Source: an uncultured beta proteobacterium (GTDB taxonomy: Bacteria; Pseudomonadota; Gammaproteobacteria; Burkholderiales; Burkholderiaceae_C). From it: a stretch of 64,000 nucleotides of DNA. The DNA lies in NCBI GenBank assembly GCA_903845935.1, contig CAIMZI010000023.1:693-64692 (forward strand), read 5' to 3'. The notes below the pieces were generated by a model. That model had not been told where the DNA came from. It saw only the letters and a list, made by a program, of their open reading frames with translations, and did not search any database. Shown one piece after another: positions 8,109-16,971 of this stretch. Position 1 is the stretch's first letter. Every line of letters starts with the position of its first letter. A program made the position numbers and the translations under genes.

Positions 8109-9002
8109 ATGCTCAGGCATCCCTTTGCCCCCGCATCCATGAACCCTTCCTTCTCCATCAGCCGCGTCCTCCCTTTTGTGTTTGTGCTGCTATGGTCGAC
8201 CGGCTTTATCGGCGCGCGTCTGGGATTGCCGCATATCCAGCCGCTGACTTTTTTGCTGATCCGCTACATTGCCGTGCTGATCTGCATGACCGGGATTGCG
8301 CTGGTCAGCCGCGCACCTTGGCCGCAAGGTGGCAGGCAGTGGCTGCACATCGGTGTGGCCGGACTGCTGGTGCATGGTCTGTACCTGGGCGGCGTGTTCA
8401 TGTCCATTTCCCTGGGACTGCCGGCCAGCGTGGCCAGTCTGGTGGTCGGTGTGCAACCCCTGCTGACGGCTATCGCTGCCGGCCTGGTTCTGGGTGCCAC
8501 GGTCACGCTGCGCCAATGGCTGGGCTTGCTGCTGGGCCTGGTCGGTGTGGCACTGGTGCTGTCCGACAAGCTGGGACAGGAGTTTGGTGCACAGGCCCTG
8601 GTGCCAGCCGTCGTGGCACTGCTAGCCATCACCGCAGGCACGCTGTACCAAAAGAAATTTTGCCCAGTATTTGACTGGCGCAGCGGTGCAGTCGCGCAGT
8701 TCCTGCCAACCACGGTGCTAACCGGCGTGGCCGCCTTGCTGACCGAGCACGCCCGCATCGATTGGAGTGGCGAGCTTTTCTTTGCCCTGGGCTGGCTGGT
8801 GCTGGTGCTGTCGATTGGTGCCATCAGCCTGCTCAACTGGCTGATACGCCACAGCAATGCGGTTCATGTGGCCAGCCTGTTCTATTTGGTGCCGCCCTGC
8901 ACCGCACTGTTTGCCTGGGGCTTGTTTGGCAACACCTTGTCGGGCCTGGCGCTAGGGGGCATGGCCCTGACGGTAGGCGGCGTCTATTTGGCGCGCCGCT
9001 AA
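8109..9002 (+). CDS. DMT (EamA-like) family transporter
   Basis: 297 aa and highly hydrophobic, with about 10 TM segments in two EamA-like halves. The start could also be M11 (8139). Confidence 0.75.
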   Translation: MLRHPFAPASMNPSFSISRVLPFVFVLLWSTGFIGARLGLPHIQPLTFLLIRYIAVLICMTGIALVSRAPWPQGGRQWLHIGVAGLLVHGLYLGGVFMSISLGLPASVASLVVGVQPLLTAIAAGLVLGATVTLRQWLGLLLGLVGVALVLSDKLGQEFGAQALVPAVVALLAITAGTLYQKKFCPVFDWRSGAVAQFLPTTVLTGVAALLTEHARIDWSGELFFALGWLVLVLSIGAISLLNWLIRHSNAVHVASLFYLVPPCTALFAWGLFGNTLSGLALGGMALTVGGVYLARR

Positions 9003-9016
9003 GCTGATGTCGCAAT

Positions 9017-9030
9017 GTGACATAGGTCAA
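9017..9030. promoter_or_regulatory. FNR-type box upstream of usp
   Basis: GTGACATAGGTCAA matches TTGAC-N4-GTCAA at 9 of 10 positions. Its centre is 72.5 nt upstream of the usp ATG (9096). The box at 15814-15827 has the same spacing to its gene. Confidence 0.5.
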
Positions 9031-9095
9031 GCGCACAAGAGGCCGAATGGCTATGATTCGACCACGCTTAAAAACCATACATAGGAGCTTTTCTC

Positions 9096-9488
9096 ATGAC
9101 TATCCTCGTCGCTTATGTTCCCCGTCCCGAAGGTCAGGCCGCACTGGAAAAAGGCATTGAACTGGCCAAGGAGCGCAATGAATTTCTGATCGTGGTGAAT
9201 GCCACGCCAGGCGGAACCGGTGAAGACCCTTCGCGCGCGGATGCACAGGACGTGGAGCGAATCGAAAAATTGCTATCCGACTCCGACATCGAATTCGAAT
9301 TCAAGCAGTTTGTGCGCGGCAAAAATGCAGTGGAAGAACTGGACGATCTGGTGGCCGCACAAGACGCGTCCATGCTGGTCATTGGCCTGCGCAAGCGCAC
9401 GGCCGTTGGCAAGCTGATCATGGGAAGCATGGCGCAGGAAATCCTGATGTCCATCTCCTGCCCCATTCTTGCCGTCAAGGCCCACTGA
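9096..9488 (+). CDS. universal stress protein (UspA family)
   Basis: 130 aa. It starts MTILVAYVP and has a C-terminal VIGLRKRTAVGKLIMGSMAQEIL nucleotide-binding-type motif. AGGAG lies 8 nt upstream. Confidence 0.8.
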   Translation: MTILVAYVPRPEGQAALEKGIELAKERNEFLIVVNATPGGTGEDPSRADAQDVERIEKLLSDSDIEFEFKQFVRGKNAVEELDDLVAAQDASMLVIGLRKRTAVGKLIMGSMAQEILMSISCPILAVKAH

Positions 9489-9490
9489 CT

Positions 9491-11161
9491 TCAGTGCCCT
9501 GAGGTCTTGGCTGCGCGCGCCCTGGCGTTGGCGCCGCCCACGCGCAGGCTCAGGGCTCCCGCCTTGCGCGGTCCCTCATCCAGACTGGTGCGCTGTTTGA
9601 TTCCCACGCATTGGATGCGCAGGATTTCTGCCCGCTCCATACGTGACGGGATGTCGCTGACCTTGGCGCTGTAGCGATCCATCACCATAAAGGCCGACTC
9701 CACCAGCTTGCTGTTGAGCGTTTCCTGACCCCGCAAAATCAGTTCATCGACCGCCGCCGTCGGGTTGCCTCCCATGCTGAGCGACATGGCGTATTCCGCG
9801 TACTTGAGCACCTTGGTATTGGACGTGCGGACGTGGTCGGCGTAGGGCGGATGGGCCTTGGCAGAACCTGCCAGCAATTCGCTCATGGCACGGCTGGAGC
9901 AATAGCGCATGGACAGGCTGTCCACCACCTCAAGCACCTCCTCTAGCTGGATCGAGCGCTTGGCCAGTTGCGCCAACAGGGTCAACAAGTTGGTGGCGGA
10001 TTCGAAATCAAATTCGGGCTGACGCACCGCCTTGATCATGTGGCGCACCTCCACCAGCGCCAGCGCAATCTTGTGGTGCTGCATCAGGGACAGGGCGTGC
10101 ACCACTTTTGCCAGACGCTTGGTACGCTCCTGTTCCGGGTTTCGTTCCAGCAGGCGTTCAAAATCATGGACGCAGCGCTGCAGCGACTTGTGGTCACTGC
10201 GTTCAAATTGCACAAAGGCCATGAGCACCAGCGACTGGCAGTCAAAGATCTTGGACTCCAGTCCGATCAGGCAGGTACGTCGCAGAATCGACTCGGCCTC
10301 GTCCAGATGGCCGGCATAAAAGGACATCATGCCTAGGCTTTGCATGCGCCCTACCGAAGCCGGAGTCAGTCTGCAGGCCATCTTGTAGGTCGCCAGGGCC
10401 TCATCAAACTTGCCCAGTTCAAACTGGGCGCGGCCCATGACATCGTAGGCGTCGGTGTAATTGGGGTCTTCGGCGATCAGATTGGAAAGCGTGCTGGCTG
10501 CCGCCTGTGCCTGGCCGCCGTCCAGCATGGCTCTGGCCACCCCGAGCTTGGCCCAGGGCAGCGTCTTGGCCTTGATCACGGCCTGATACAGTATTCTGGC
10601 CTCGGTTGGCCGGTCGATGCGCAGCAACAGCTCTGCGCCTATGCGCGCCGCATACAACCAGTACGGGCCCTTGCTGGCAAAGCGCCCCAGGCACAGCGTG
10701 GCCGCGAGCTCAAAGTCGGCTTCCTCGATGGCCAGAAAAATGTCCTGCAGAGCCAGCTTGCGCAGACGTGACTGCTGCAGCCGATCGCCCAACTGCGAAG
10801 GTTTGTGCGGCTTGAGCAGGTAACCGTCCAGCGCCGACTCGGCAGCTTCGGCCACACTGGAATAGGTGGCCTCCCCGGTGATCATGACAAACACCGTGGA
10901 GAAGGGCAGCAACTGGTTGCGGCGCAGGTCGTTGAGCAGATCCTGCCCCGACGCGTTTTCGGTCGGAAAGTGCTGCTCGCACAGCACGAAGTCAAAGCTC
11001 ATGCTTTCGAGGTGCCTGCGCGCATCGACAATGCGGCCGCATTGCGTCACATTCTTTACGCCGAAATCCCGCAGCTGGGCAACCAGCAGCGATCGCATGG
11101 ATGGATTGCCTTCAATCACCAGTGCCCGGGTATTCCCAACGTCTTCATCTAAAAGCGCCAT
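9491..11161 (-). CDS. receiver-domain (atypical, Asp->Glu) protein with TPR repeats
   Basis: The N-terminal ~125 aa align to a CheY-like receiver (ALVIEGNPSMR, DFVLCEQHFP, VFVMITGEA, GYLLKPHKP). The remainder has TPR-like helical repeats (EARILYQAVIKAK, NYTDAYDVMGRAQFELGKFDEALATYKMACRL). Confidence 0.7.
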   Translation of the reverse strand: MALLDEDVGNTRALVIEGNPSMRSLLVAQLRDFGVKNVTQCGRIVDARRHLESMSFDFVLCEQHFPTENASGQDLLNDLRRNQLLPFSTVFVMITGEATYSSVAEAAESALDGYLLKPHKPSQLGDRLQQSRLRKLALQDIFLAIEEADFELAATLCLGRFASKGPYWLYAARIGAELLLRIDRPTEARILYQAVIKAKTLPWAKLGVARAMLDGGQAQAAASTLSNLIAEDPNYTDAYDVMGRAQFELGKFDEALATYKMACRLTPASVGRMQSLGMMSFYAGHLDEAESILRRTCLIGLESKIFDCQSLVLMAFVQFERSDHKSLQRCVHDFERLLERNPEQERTKRLAKVVHALSLMQHHKIALALVEVRHMIKAVRQPEFDFESATNLLTLLAQLAKRSIQLEEVLEVVDSLSMRYCSSRAMSELLAGSAKAHPPYADHVRTSNTKVLKYAEYAMSLSMGGNPTAAVDELILRGQETLNSKLVESAFMVMDRYSAKVSDIPSRMERAEILRIQCVGIKQRTSLDEGPRKAGALSLRVGGANARARAAKTSGH

Positions 11162-11270
11162 GCCAACAGATTACCACTCGCAGCGCATCGATTCAGTTTT
11201 GACTGCCTAAAATCCAGCGCCTCGGTGTTTGGACGTTTCTTTATCCGGAAAATTATCCGACGAACCTCGC

Positions 11271-12905
11271 TCAACTCTCCTCTGCCACCATATCGATAGC
11301 ACCGCAAGGGCATTCGGCGGCGCAGATGCCGCAACCCTTGCAATAGTCATAGTTGAATTCGAAGCGCTTGCCCGGGCCAAGCTTGATCACCGCATTGTCC
11401 GGACAGACGCCATAGCAGTTGTCACACTCAAAGCAATTGCCACAACTCAGGCAGCGACGCGCTTCGAACAGGGCATTGCTTTCGGTCAGCCCCCCCTGCA
11501 CCTCGTCAAAGCTGCTGGTGCGCCGGGCGATTTCGAGCTGCGGGCGCACGGTCTTGGGCGCGTCACTGTAATACCAACTGTTGATGCGCTCGAAGCTGGC
11601 CAGCGCGTGCTTCACCACCGCTGCAACAGACTCCCCGCGCAGCCAGGCGTCGATATTGTGCGCCGCCTTTTTGCCGTGGCCCACGGCGATGGTCACATTG
11701 CGGTCGGCTGGCACCATGTCACCGCCGGCGAACAGACCGGGGTGGCCGGTCATCATGGTCAGCGGGTCCACCTGGACCACGCCGTTGTTCACTTCCAGCC
11801 CCTGCACGCCTTCCAGCAAGGACAGGTCCACGTCCTGGCCCAGCGCCAGCACCAACGAGTCGGCCTCCAGGCTTTCGAATTCGCCGGTGGGTTGCGGGTT
11901 GCCCTTGTCGTCCAGCACCATCTTCTCGACGGTGAGCGTGCCGCCGTCGGCCTGCTTGATGGTGGACAGCCACTTGACCATCACACCTTCTTGGAGCGCC
12001 TCTTCCACCTCGAAGTCGTGTGCCGGCATCTTTTCGCGGTTGCGCCGGTAGACGATGATGGCTTCTGTCGCCCCCAGGCGCTTGGCGGTGCGCGCCACGT
12101 CGATGGCGGTATTGCCGCCACCGTAAACCACCACGCGGCGGCCCAGCATGGGTTGGTCTTCTCCCTCCATGGAGCGCAGCACGGAGACCGCATCCAGAAT
12201 GTGCGCGGAGTCCTTTGCCGGGATATAGGTGCGCTTGGCGATATGCGCACCGACCGCCAGAAAAGCTGCGTCGAATTTCCCCTGGGCCATGGTGTCGGCG
12301 ATGTTGTCGACCTTGACCCCCAGCTCCACCGTCACGCCCATGGCGACGATGCGCTGCATCTCGGCCTCCAGCACCTCGCGCGGCAGACGGTACTTGGGGA
12401 TGCCAAAGCGCATCATGCCGCCCATCAAGGGACCGGCTTCCTTCACCGTAACGCGGTGACCGAGGCGGCGCAACTGATAGGCCGCCGACATACCGCTGGG
12501 GCCGGCACCGACCACCAGTACATGTTTGCCGGATTCGGCTGCAGGCTCCGGCAGCTTCCAGCCGTGCTTCAGCGCCTCATCGCCCAAGAAACGCTCCACC
12601 GAGTTGATGCCCACCGGCGCGTCAATCTGGCCGCGGTTGCATTGGCCTTCGCAGGAGTGGTAGCAGACCCGGCCCATGATGGACGGAAAGGGGTTGTCCT
12701 GCACCAAGTGCTGCCAGGCCTCCAGGTAGTTGCCGCTTTCGGCATGAAACAGCCAGCCCTGGATGTCTTCGCCGGCCGGGCATTGCACATTGCAGGGCGG
12801 AAGCCGGTCTACATAGACCGGGCGCTCGGTGCGCCAGGAACCGGTCTTGTTGGCCAGCGATGAGCCGGGGTTGAGCGTGATGGCAAAAGGTTTTTCCATG
12901 GTCAT
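11271..12905 (-). CDS. PorD-like ferredoxin / GltD-like NAD(P)H flavoprotein fusion (fourth subunit of 2-oxoacid oxidoreductase)
   Basis: 544 aa. The N-terminus NKTGSWRTERPVYVDRLPPCNVQCPAGEDI is delta-subunit/GltD-like. It has the Rossmann motifs VLVVGAGPSGMSAAYQL and VVVYGGGNTAIDVA. The C-terminus is CLSCGNCFECDNCYGVCP...CKGCGICAAECP. The start overlaps the beta-subunit stop (ATGA at 12902-12905). Confidence 0.8.
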   Translation of the reverse strand: MTMEKPFAITLNPGSSLANKTGSWRTERPVYVDRLPPCNVQCPAGEDIQGWLFHAESGNYLEAWQHLVQDNPFPSIMGRVCYHSCEGQCNRGQIDAPVGINSVERFLGDEALKHGWKLPEPAAESGKHVLVVGAGPSGMSAAYQLRRLGHRVTVKEAGPLMGGMMRFGIPKYRLPREVLEAEMQRIVAMGVTVELGVKVDNIADTMAQGKFDAAFLAVGAHIAKRTYIPAKDSAHILDAVSVLRSMEGEDQPMLGRRVVVYGGGNTAIDVARTAKRLGATEAIIVYRRNREKMPAHDFEVEEALQEGVMVKWLSTIKQADGGTLTVEKMVLDDKGNPQPTGEFESLEADSLVLALGQDVDLSLLEGVQGLEVNNGVVQVDPLTMMTGHPGLFAGGDMVPADRNVTIAVGHGKKAAHNIDAWLRGESVAAVVKHALASFERINSWYYSDAPKTVRPQLEIARRTSSFDEVQGGLTESNALFEARRCLSCGNCFECDNCYGVCPDNAVIKLGPGKRFEFNYDYCKGCGICAAECPCGAIDMVAEES

Positions 12906-13918
12906 TCACCTGTCTCGTCAAGCAACTTGAAGCGCCGGATATTGCGGTCGGCGTCGGCCTGGATGTGCGCCACCATCTCGGGCTGGCCGGGTGTGCCGAA
13001 CAAATGGGCAAAGCGTTTTTGTAATTTGAGGTAATCCTCCACCGGCACATGGTGGCGGATCTTGGTGACGGAGGTAACCTCGCCATGCTCGGCTTCGAAC
13101 ACCGGGAAAATGCCGGTCTCTCGCGCCAGGCGCGCCAGCAGAACAGTGTCATGGCTGGCGGAGCCCCAACCCAGCGGGCAAGGCACCAGCACATGCAGGT
13201 AGCGCGCGCCACGGATGGACATGGCTTTCTCGACCTTGGCTTCGAGGTCATGCAGGTCCGCCACGGTGGCGGTGGCCACATAGGGAATCTCGTGGGCCAT
13301 GGCAATCAGCGGCAGGTTCTTGCCCTGGCCGGCCGGCGCGCCGGGGTGTGCCCCCACGGCCATGGTGGTGGCGGTGCGTGCGCCCATGGGCGTGGCCGAA
13401 CTGCGCTGCACGCCGGTGTTCATATAGGCCTCGTTGTCGTAGCAGATGTAGAGCACATCGTCGTTGCGCTCGAACATGCCGGACAGGCAGCCAAAGCCGA
13501 TATCGGTGGTGCCGCCATCGCCGCCCTGGGCGATCACGCGCACCTCACTCAGCGCCTTGCCGGCCTTGTGCGCCTTGACCTTGAGTGCGGCGGCAATGCC
13601 GGTGCCCACGGCCGCCGCGTTGCCGAACAGCGAGTGGATCCAGGGCAGTTGCCAGGACGTTTCCGGGTACGGGGTGCTGAACACTTCCAGACAGCCGGTG
13701 GCGTTGGCCGCGATGAGCTGGTTGCCGGTGGCGCGCATGGCGGCGTCCACCACATAGCGCGCACCCAGCGCCTCGCCGCAGCCCTGGCAGGCGCGGTGGC
13801 CGGAGTTGAGCGAATTGCTGCGCGCCTCGGAGGATTGCACGCTGCGCTGGTCGGCCTCGAGCAGGCGGTTGCCTACGGTGAAGGTGCCGGTTTGGTAAAA
13901 CTTGACGGGTGCGTTCAT
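12902..13918 (-). CDS. 2-oxoacid:ferredoxin oxidoreductase subunit beta (TPP-binding, PorB/VorB type)
   Basis: 338 aa with CQGCGEAL, GCLEV and the GGDGGTTDIGFGCLSG...YDNEAYMNTG thiamine-diphosphate motif. Confidence 0.85.
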   Translation of the reverse strand: MNAPVKFYQTGTFTVGNRLLEADQRSVQSSEARSNSLNSGHRACQGCGEALGARYVVDAAMRATGNQLIAANATGCLEVFSTPYPETSWQLPWIHSLFGNAAAVGTGIAAALKVKAHKAGKALSEVRVIAQGGDGGTTDIGFGCLSGMFERNDDVLYICYDNEAYMNTGVQRSSATPMGARTATTMAVGAHPGAPAGQGKNLPLIAMAHEIPYVATATVADLHDLEAKVEKAMSIRGARYLHVLVPCPLGWGSASHDTVLLARLARETGIFPVFEAEHGEVTSVTKIRHHVPVEDYLKLQKRFAHLFGTPGQPEMVAHIQADADRNIRRFKLLDETGE

Positions 13919-13920
13919 GG

Positions 13921-15174
13921 TCAGGCCACCTTTGATGCAACAGAGCCGACGTCGCGCAACAGGTTTTCCGCAATCGGGCCGCTGCGGCGGATAGTGGCTT
14001 CGCGCTCGAGCTGGCGGTTGACGATGCGCCAGTCCAGGTCCATAAAGCTCAACAGCGGCAGCGTGCCGGCAATCGCCTGGGCAAAGGTGCGCACCAGCGA
14101 AGCCTGGGTGATGGCGCGCCCACCCAGTCCGGCCACCACGCAGTAGCTGTGCATGTGCAAGCCCGAAAGGGCCATGCGCACATCGGTGGCGACGACACCG
14201 CCCATTCCGACAGAAAAACTTTTTTCTACCACCACCACGCGCTTGGCGTTTTGCAGCGCATTGCGCACCGCATCCAAGGGGAAGGGCCGGAAGGACTGTA
14301 TGCCCAGCACGCCGATCTTCTCGCCGCCCGTGCGCATCTCATCGACCGCGTCCTTGATGGTACCCAGCACCGAGCCCAACGCGATAACCACCGTGTCGGC
14401 ATCCTCGCAGCGGTAGGTCCGCACCAGGCCACCGGAGTCGCGGCCAAAGCGCTCCTTGAACTCGGCGGCAATTTCGGGGATGCGCTCCAGCGCCATGGTC
14501 TGCTTGGCATGCGCCAGGTAGCGCACCTCCATAAAGGCCTCGGGGCCGACCATGGCGCCGATGGACACCGGCTCGTTGACGTCCAGCACCTGGCGCGGCT
14601 CATACGGTGGCAGGAAGGCGTCAACCTGCTCCTGCGTGGGCATGTCGACGCGTTCGTAGGCGTGGGTCAGGATGAAGCCATCCATGCAGACCATCACCGG
14701 CATGGAGAGTTCTTCGGCGATTTTGAAGGCCTGGATGTGCAGATCCAGCGCCTCCTGGTTGGTCTCGGCAAACAGTTGCAGCCAGCCGCAGTCGCGCTGG
14801 CTCATGGAGTCGCTGTGGTCGTTCCAGATGTTGATGGGTGCGCCTATGGCGCGATTGGCCACCGTCATCACAATCGGCAGGCCCAGGCCCGAGGCGTTGT
14901 AGACCGCCTCTGCCATGAACAGCAAGCCCTGGCTGGCCGTGGCCGTGTAGGTGCGTGCACCAGCCGCGGACGAGCCAATGGCCACGCTCATGGCGGCAAA
15001 TTCGCTCTCCACATTGATGAACTCGCAGTTGTCTAGTGAGCCGTCCTTGACGCGTTCACCCAGGCCTTCGACGATATGGGTTTGCGGCGAGATCGGGTAG
15101 GCGCAAATCACTTCCGGGCGCGCCAGCGCCACCGCTTCGGCCACGGCGGCCGAGCCTTCCACTTGCTTAAGCAT
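13921..15174 (-). CDS. 2-oxoacid:ferredoxin oxidoreductase subunit alpha (PorA/VorA type)
   Basis: ORF 13921-15234 trimmed to MLKQVEGSAAVAEAVALARPEVICAYPISPQTHIVE (ATG 15174). It overlaps the gamma-subunit stop by 8 nt. Confidence 0.85.
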   Translation of the reverse strand: MLKQVEGSAAVAEAVALARPEVICAYPISPQTHIVEGLGERVKDGSLDNCEFINVESEFAAMSVAIGSSAAGARTYTATASQGLLFMAEAVYNASGLGLPIVMTVANRAIGAPINIWNDHSDSMSQRDCGWLQLFAETNQEALDLHIQAFKIAEELSMPVMVCMDGFILTHAYERVDMPTQEQVDAFLPPYEPRQVLDVNEPVSIGAMVGPEAFMEVRYLAHAKQTMALERIPEIAAEFKERFGRDSGGLVRTYRCEDADTVVIALGSVLGTIKDAVDEMRTGGEKIGVLGIQSFRPFPLDAVRNALQNAKRVVVVEKSFSVGMGGVVATDVRMALSGLHMHSYCVVAGLGGRAITQASLVRTFAQAIAGTLPLLSFMDLDWRIVNRQLEREATIRRSGPIAENLLRDVGSVASKVA

Positions 15175-15748
15175 GGGCCAACTCCTTGATCTCGTTCTGC
15201 ACATATGCATAGGCTTCGTGGGCACCGGCCACATTGGCCTCGGCCACCTTGCCCTTGAACTTGTGGCGGATGGCGTGTTCCACCGCCTCCAGCGTGATCA
15301 AACCGGACAGCGCCGCAAAACCGCCCAGCAGCACCGCATTCGGCAGGGGCCGGCCCAGCAGGCGCAGGGCAATGTCGGTGGCCGGCACGGTGACCAGGCG
15401 CTCGTGGCGAAAGCGCTGGCTGATGTCTGCCAGACCGAGTTCGTCAAAGCTGCGCCGGGTGTTGATCAGCACATAGCCATTGGGTTTGAGACCCTGGAAC
15501 ACATCGACCTGATGCAGCAGCGTGGGGTCCTGCACGATCAACACATCGGGCGCCATGATGGGTTCGCGCAGGCGGATCTCCTGGTCGTCGATGCGGCAAA
15601 AGGCCACCACCGGGGCGCCCGTGCGCTCGGAGCCAAAGCTGGGAAAGGCCTGCGCGTGTCGGCCCTGCTCAAAGGCGGCCAGCGACAGCATTTCGGCCGC
15701 AGTCACCACGCCTTGACCGCCGCGCCCATGGATACGGATTTGCAGCAT
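15167..15748 (-). CDS. 2-oxoacid:ferredoxin oxidoreductase subunit gamma
   Basis: 193 aa. MLQIRIHGRGGQGVVTAAEMLSLAAF is the canonical POR/VOR gamma N-terminus. Confidence 0.85.
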   Translation of the reverse strand: MLQIRIHGRGGQGVVTAAEMLSLAAFEQGRHAQAFPSFGSERTGAPVVAFCRIDDQEIRLREPIMAPDVLIVQDPTLLHQVDVFQGLKPNGYVLINTRRSFDELGLADISQRFRHERLVTVPATDIALRLLGRPLPNAVLLGGFAALSGLITLEAVEHAIRHKFKGKVAEANVAGAHEAYAYVQNEIKELAHA

Positions 15749-15813
15749 GCTTGTCTTCCTCTTTTTCTGAAACGAAGGATGTCGGCATTCTGAGCCTCTG
15801 CCCCAGCAATTTA

Positions 15814-15827
15814 TTGATAAGCATCAA
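15814..15827. promoter_or_regulatory. consensus FNR box (TTGAT-N4-ATCAA) between the por-type operon and the icd-like gene
   Basis: TTGATAAGCATCAA is a perfect match to the E. coli-type FNR consensus. Its centre is 72.5 nt upstream of the gamma-subunit ATG (15748) and 104.5 nt upstream of ATG 15925. Confidence 0.65.
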
Positions 15828-15924
15828 TGGGCGAAGGCTTATACCGGCCAGCGCTTGCCGTCAGCATTTCACAGCGATTGCGGCCGTACACTGCACCCTA
15901 TCCACCCGACTGAAAGGCGTTTCC

Positions 15925-16959
15925 ATGTCCACCCCCATTCCTGCAACCCTGATTCCCGGCGACGGCATTGGCCCCGAAATCATGGACGCCACCCTGGCCG
16001 CGTTGGACGCTTTAGGCGCCCCCTTTGTCTGGGACCGTCAGATCGCAGGTCTAGGCGGTGTGGAGCTCGCAGGCGACCCGCTGCCGCAAGCCACGTTGGA
16101 CAGCATCCGCAAAACGCGCCTGGCGCTCAAGGGTCCGCTGGAAACCCCGTCGGGTGGCGGCTACCGCTCCAGCAATGTGCGGCTGCGCGAAGAGTTCCAG
16201 CTCTATGCCAATCTGCGCCCGGCGCTGACCATCATTCCCGGTGGACGCTTTGACAAGATAGATCTGGTGGTGGTGCGTGAAAACCTCGAAGGCCTGTACA
16301 TAGGCCACGAGCATTACGTGAAGATCGACAATGATCCACACGCCGTGGCCATGGCCACCGGCATCAATACGCGGGCAGGCAGCCGCCGTTTGCTCCAATT
16401 TGCGTTTGACCATGCCGTGTCCACCGGCCGCAAAAAGGTCACCATCGTGCACAAGGCCAACATCATGAAGGCGCTGACCGGCATCTTTTTGGAAACCGGG
16501 CTGGACTTGTATGAACGAGAGTACAAGGGCCAGTTTGAGCTCGACACCGTCATCATCGACGCCTGCGCCATGAAGCTGGTGCTCAACCCCTGGCAGTTCG
16601 ACATGCTGGTGACCACCAACCTGTTTGGCGACATCTTGTCGGATCTGGTGGCCGGCTTGGTCGGTGGCCTGGGCATGGCGCCGGGCGCCAACATCGGCGC
16701 CGATGCCGCCATCTTTGAAGCCGTGCATGGCTCGGCGCCTGACATCGCCGGAAAAGGCATTGCCAATCCCACTGCCCTGCTCCTGGCCGCTGCCATGATG
16801 CTGGACCATTGCCAGCTGACCGACATGGCAACGCGATTGCGCCGTGCCATTGATGAGACGCTGAATGTGGACAAGGTGCGCACCGGCGATCTGGGTGGAC
16901 GGGCCGGCACCGCTGAATTCACCAAGGCGCTGGTTGGCAGGATCAGCGCAAGCCAATAA
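15925..16959 (+). CDS. isocitrate/isopropylmalate dehydrogenase family protein (NAD-IDH-like, 344 aa)
   Basis: ORF 15751-16959 trimmed to MSTPIPATLIPGDGIGPEIMDA. Motifs SSNVRLREEFQLYANLRP, VRENLEGLY and NLFGDILSDL are typical of the beta-decarboxylating dehydrogenase family. Confidence 0.8.
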   Translation: MSTPIPATLIPGDGIGPEIMDATLAALDALGAPFVWDRQIAGLGGVELAGDPLPQATLDSIRKTRLALKGPLETPSGGGYRSSNVRLREEFQLYANLRPALTIIPGGRFDKIDLVVVRENLEGLYIGHEHYVKIDNDPHAVAMATGINTRAGSRRLLQFAFDHAVSTGRKKVTIVHKANIMKALTGIFLETGLDLYEREYKGQFELDTVIIDACAMKLVLNPWQFDMLVTTNLFGDILSDLVAGLVGGLGMAPGANIGADAAIFEAVHGSAPDIAGKGIANPTALLLAAAMMLDHCQLTDMATRLRRAIDETLNVDKVRTGDLGGRAGTAEFTKALVGRISASQ

Positions 16960-16971
16960 GGGCTGAGCGGT

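Noticed and set aside
11229-12863. 544-aa ORF on the plus strand, exactly mirroring the PorD/GltD-fusion gene
   Set aside because: It is antisense to a gene with clear family motifs. Its product is Arg/Ala/Gly/His/Val-rich with no motifs. This is a typical shadow ORF in high-G+C DNA.
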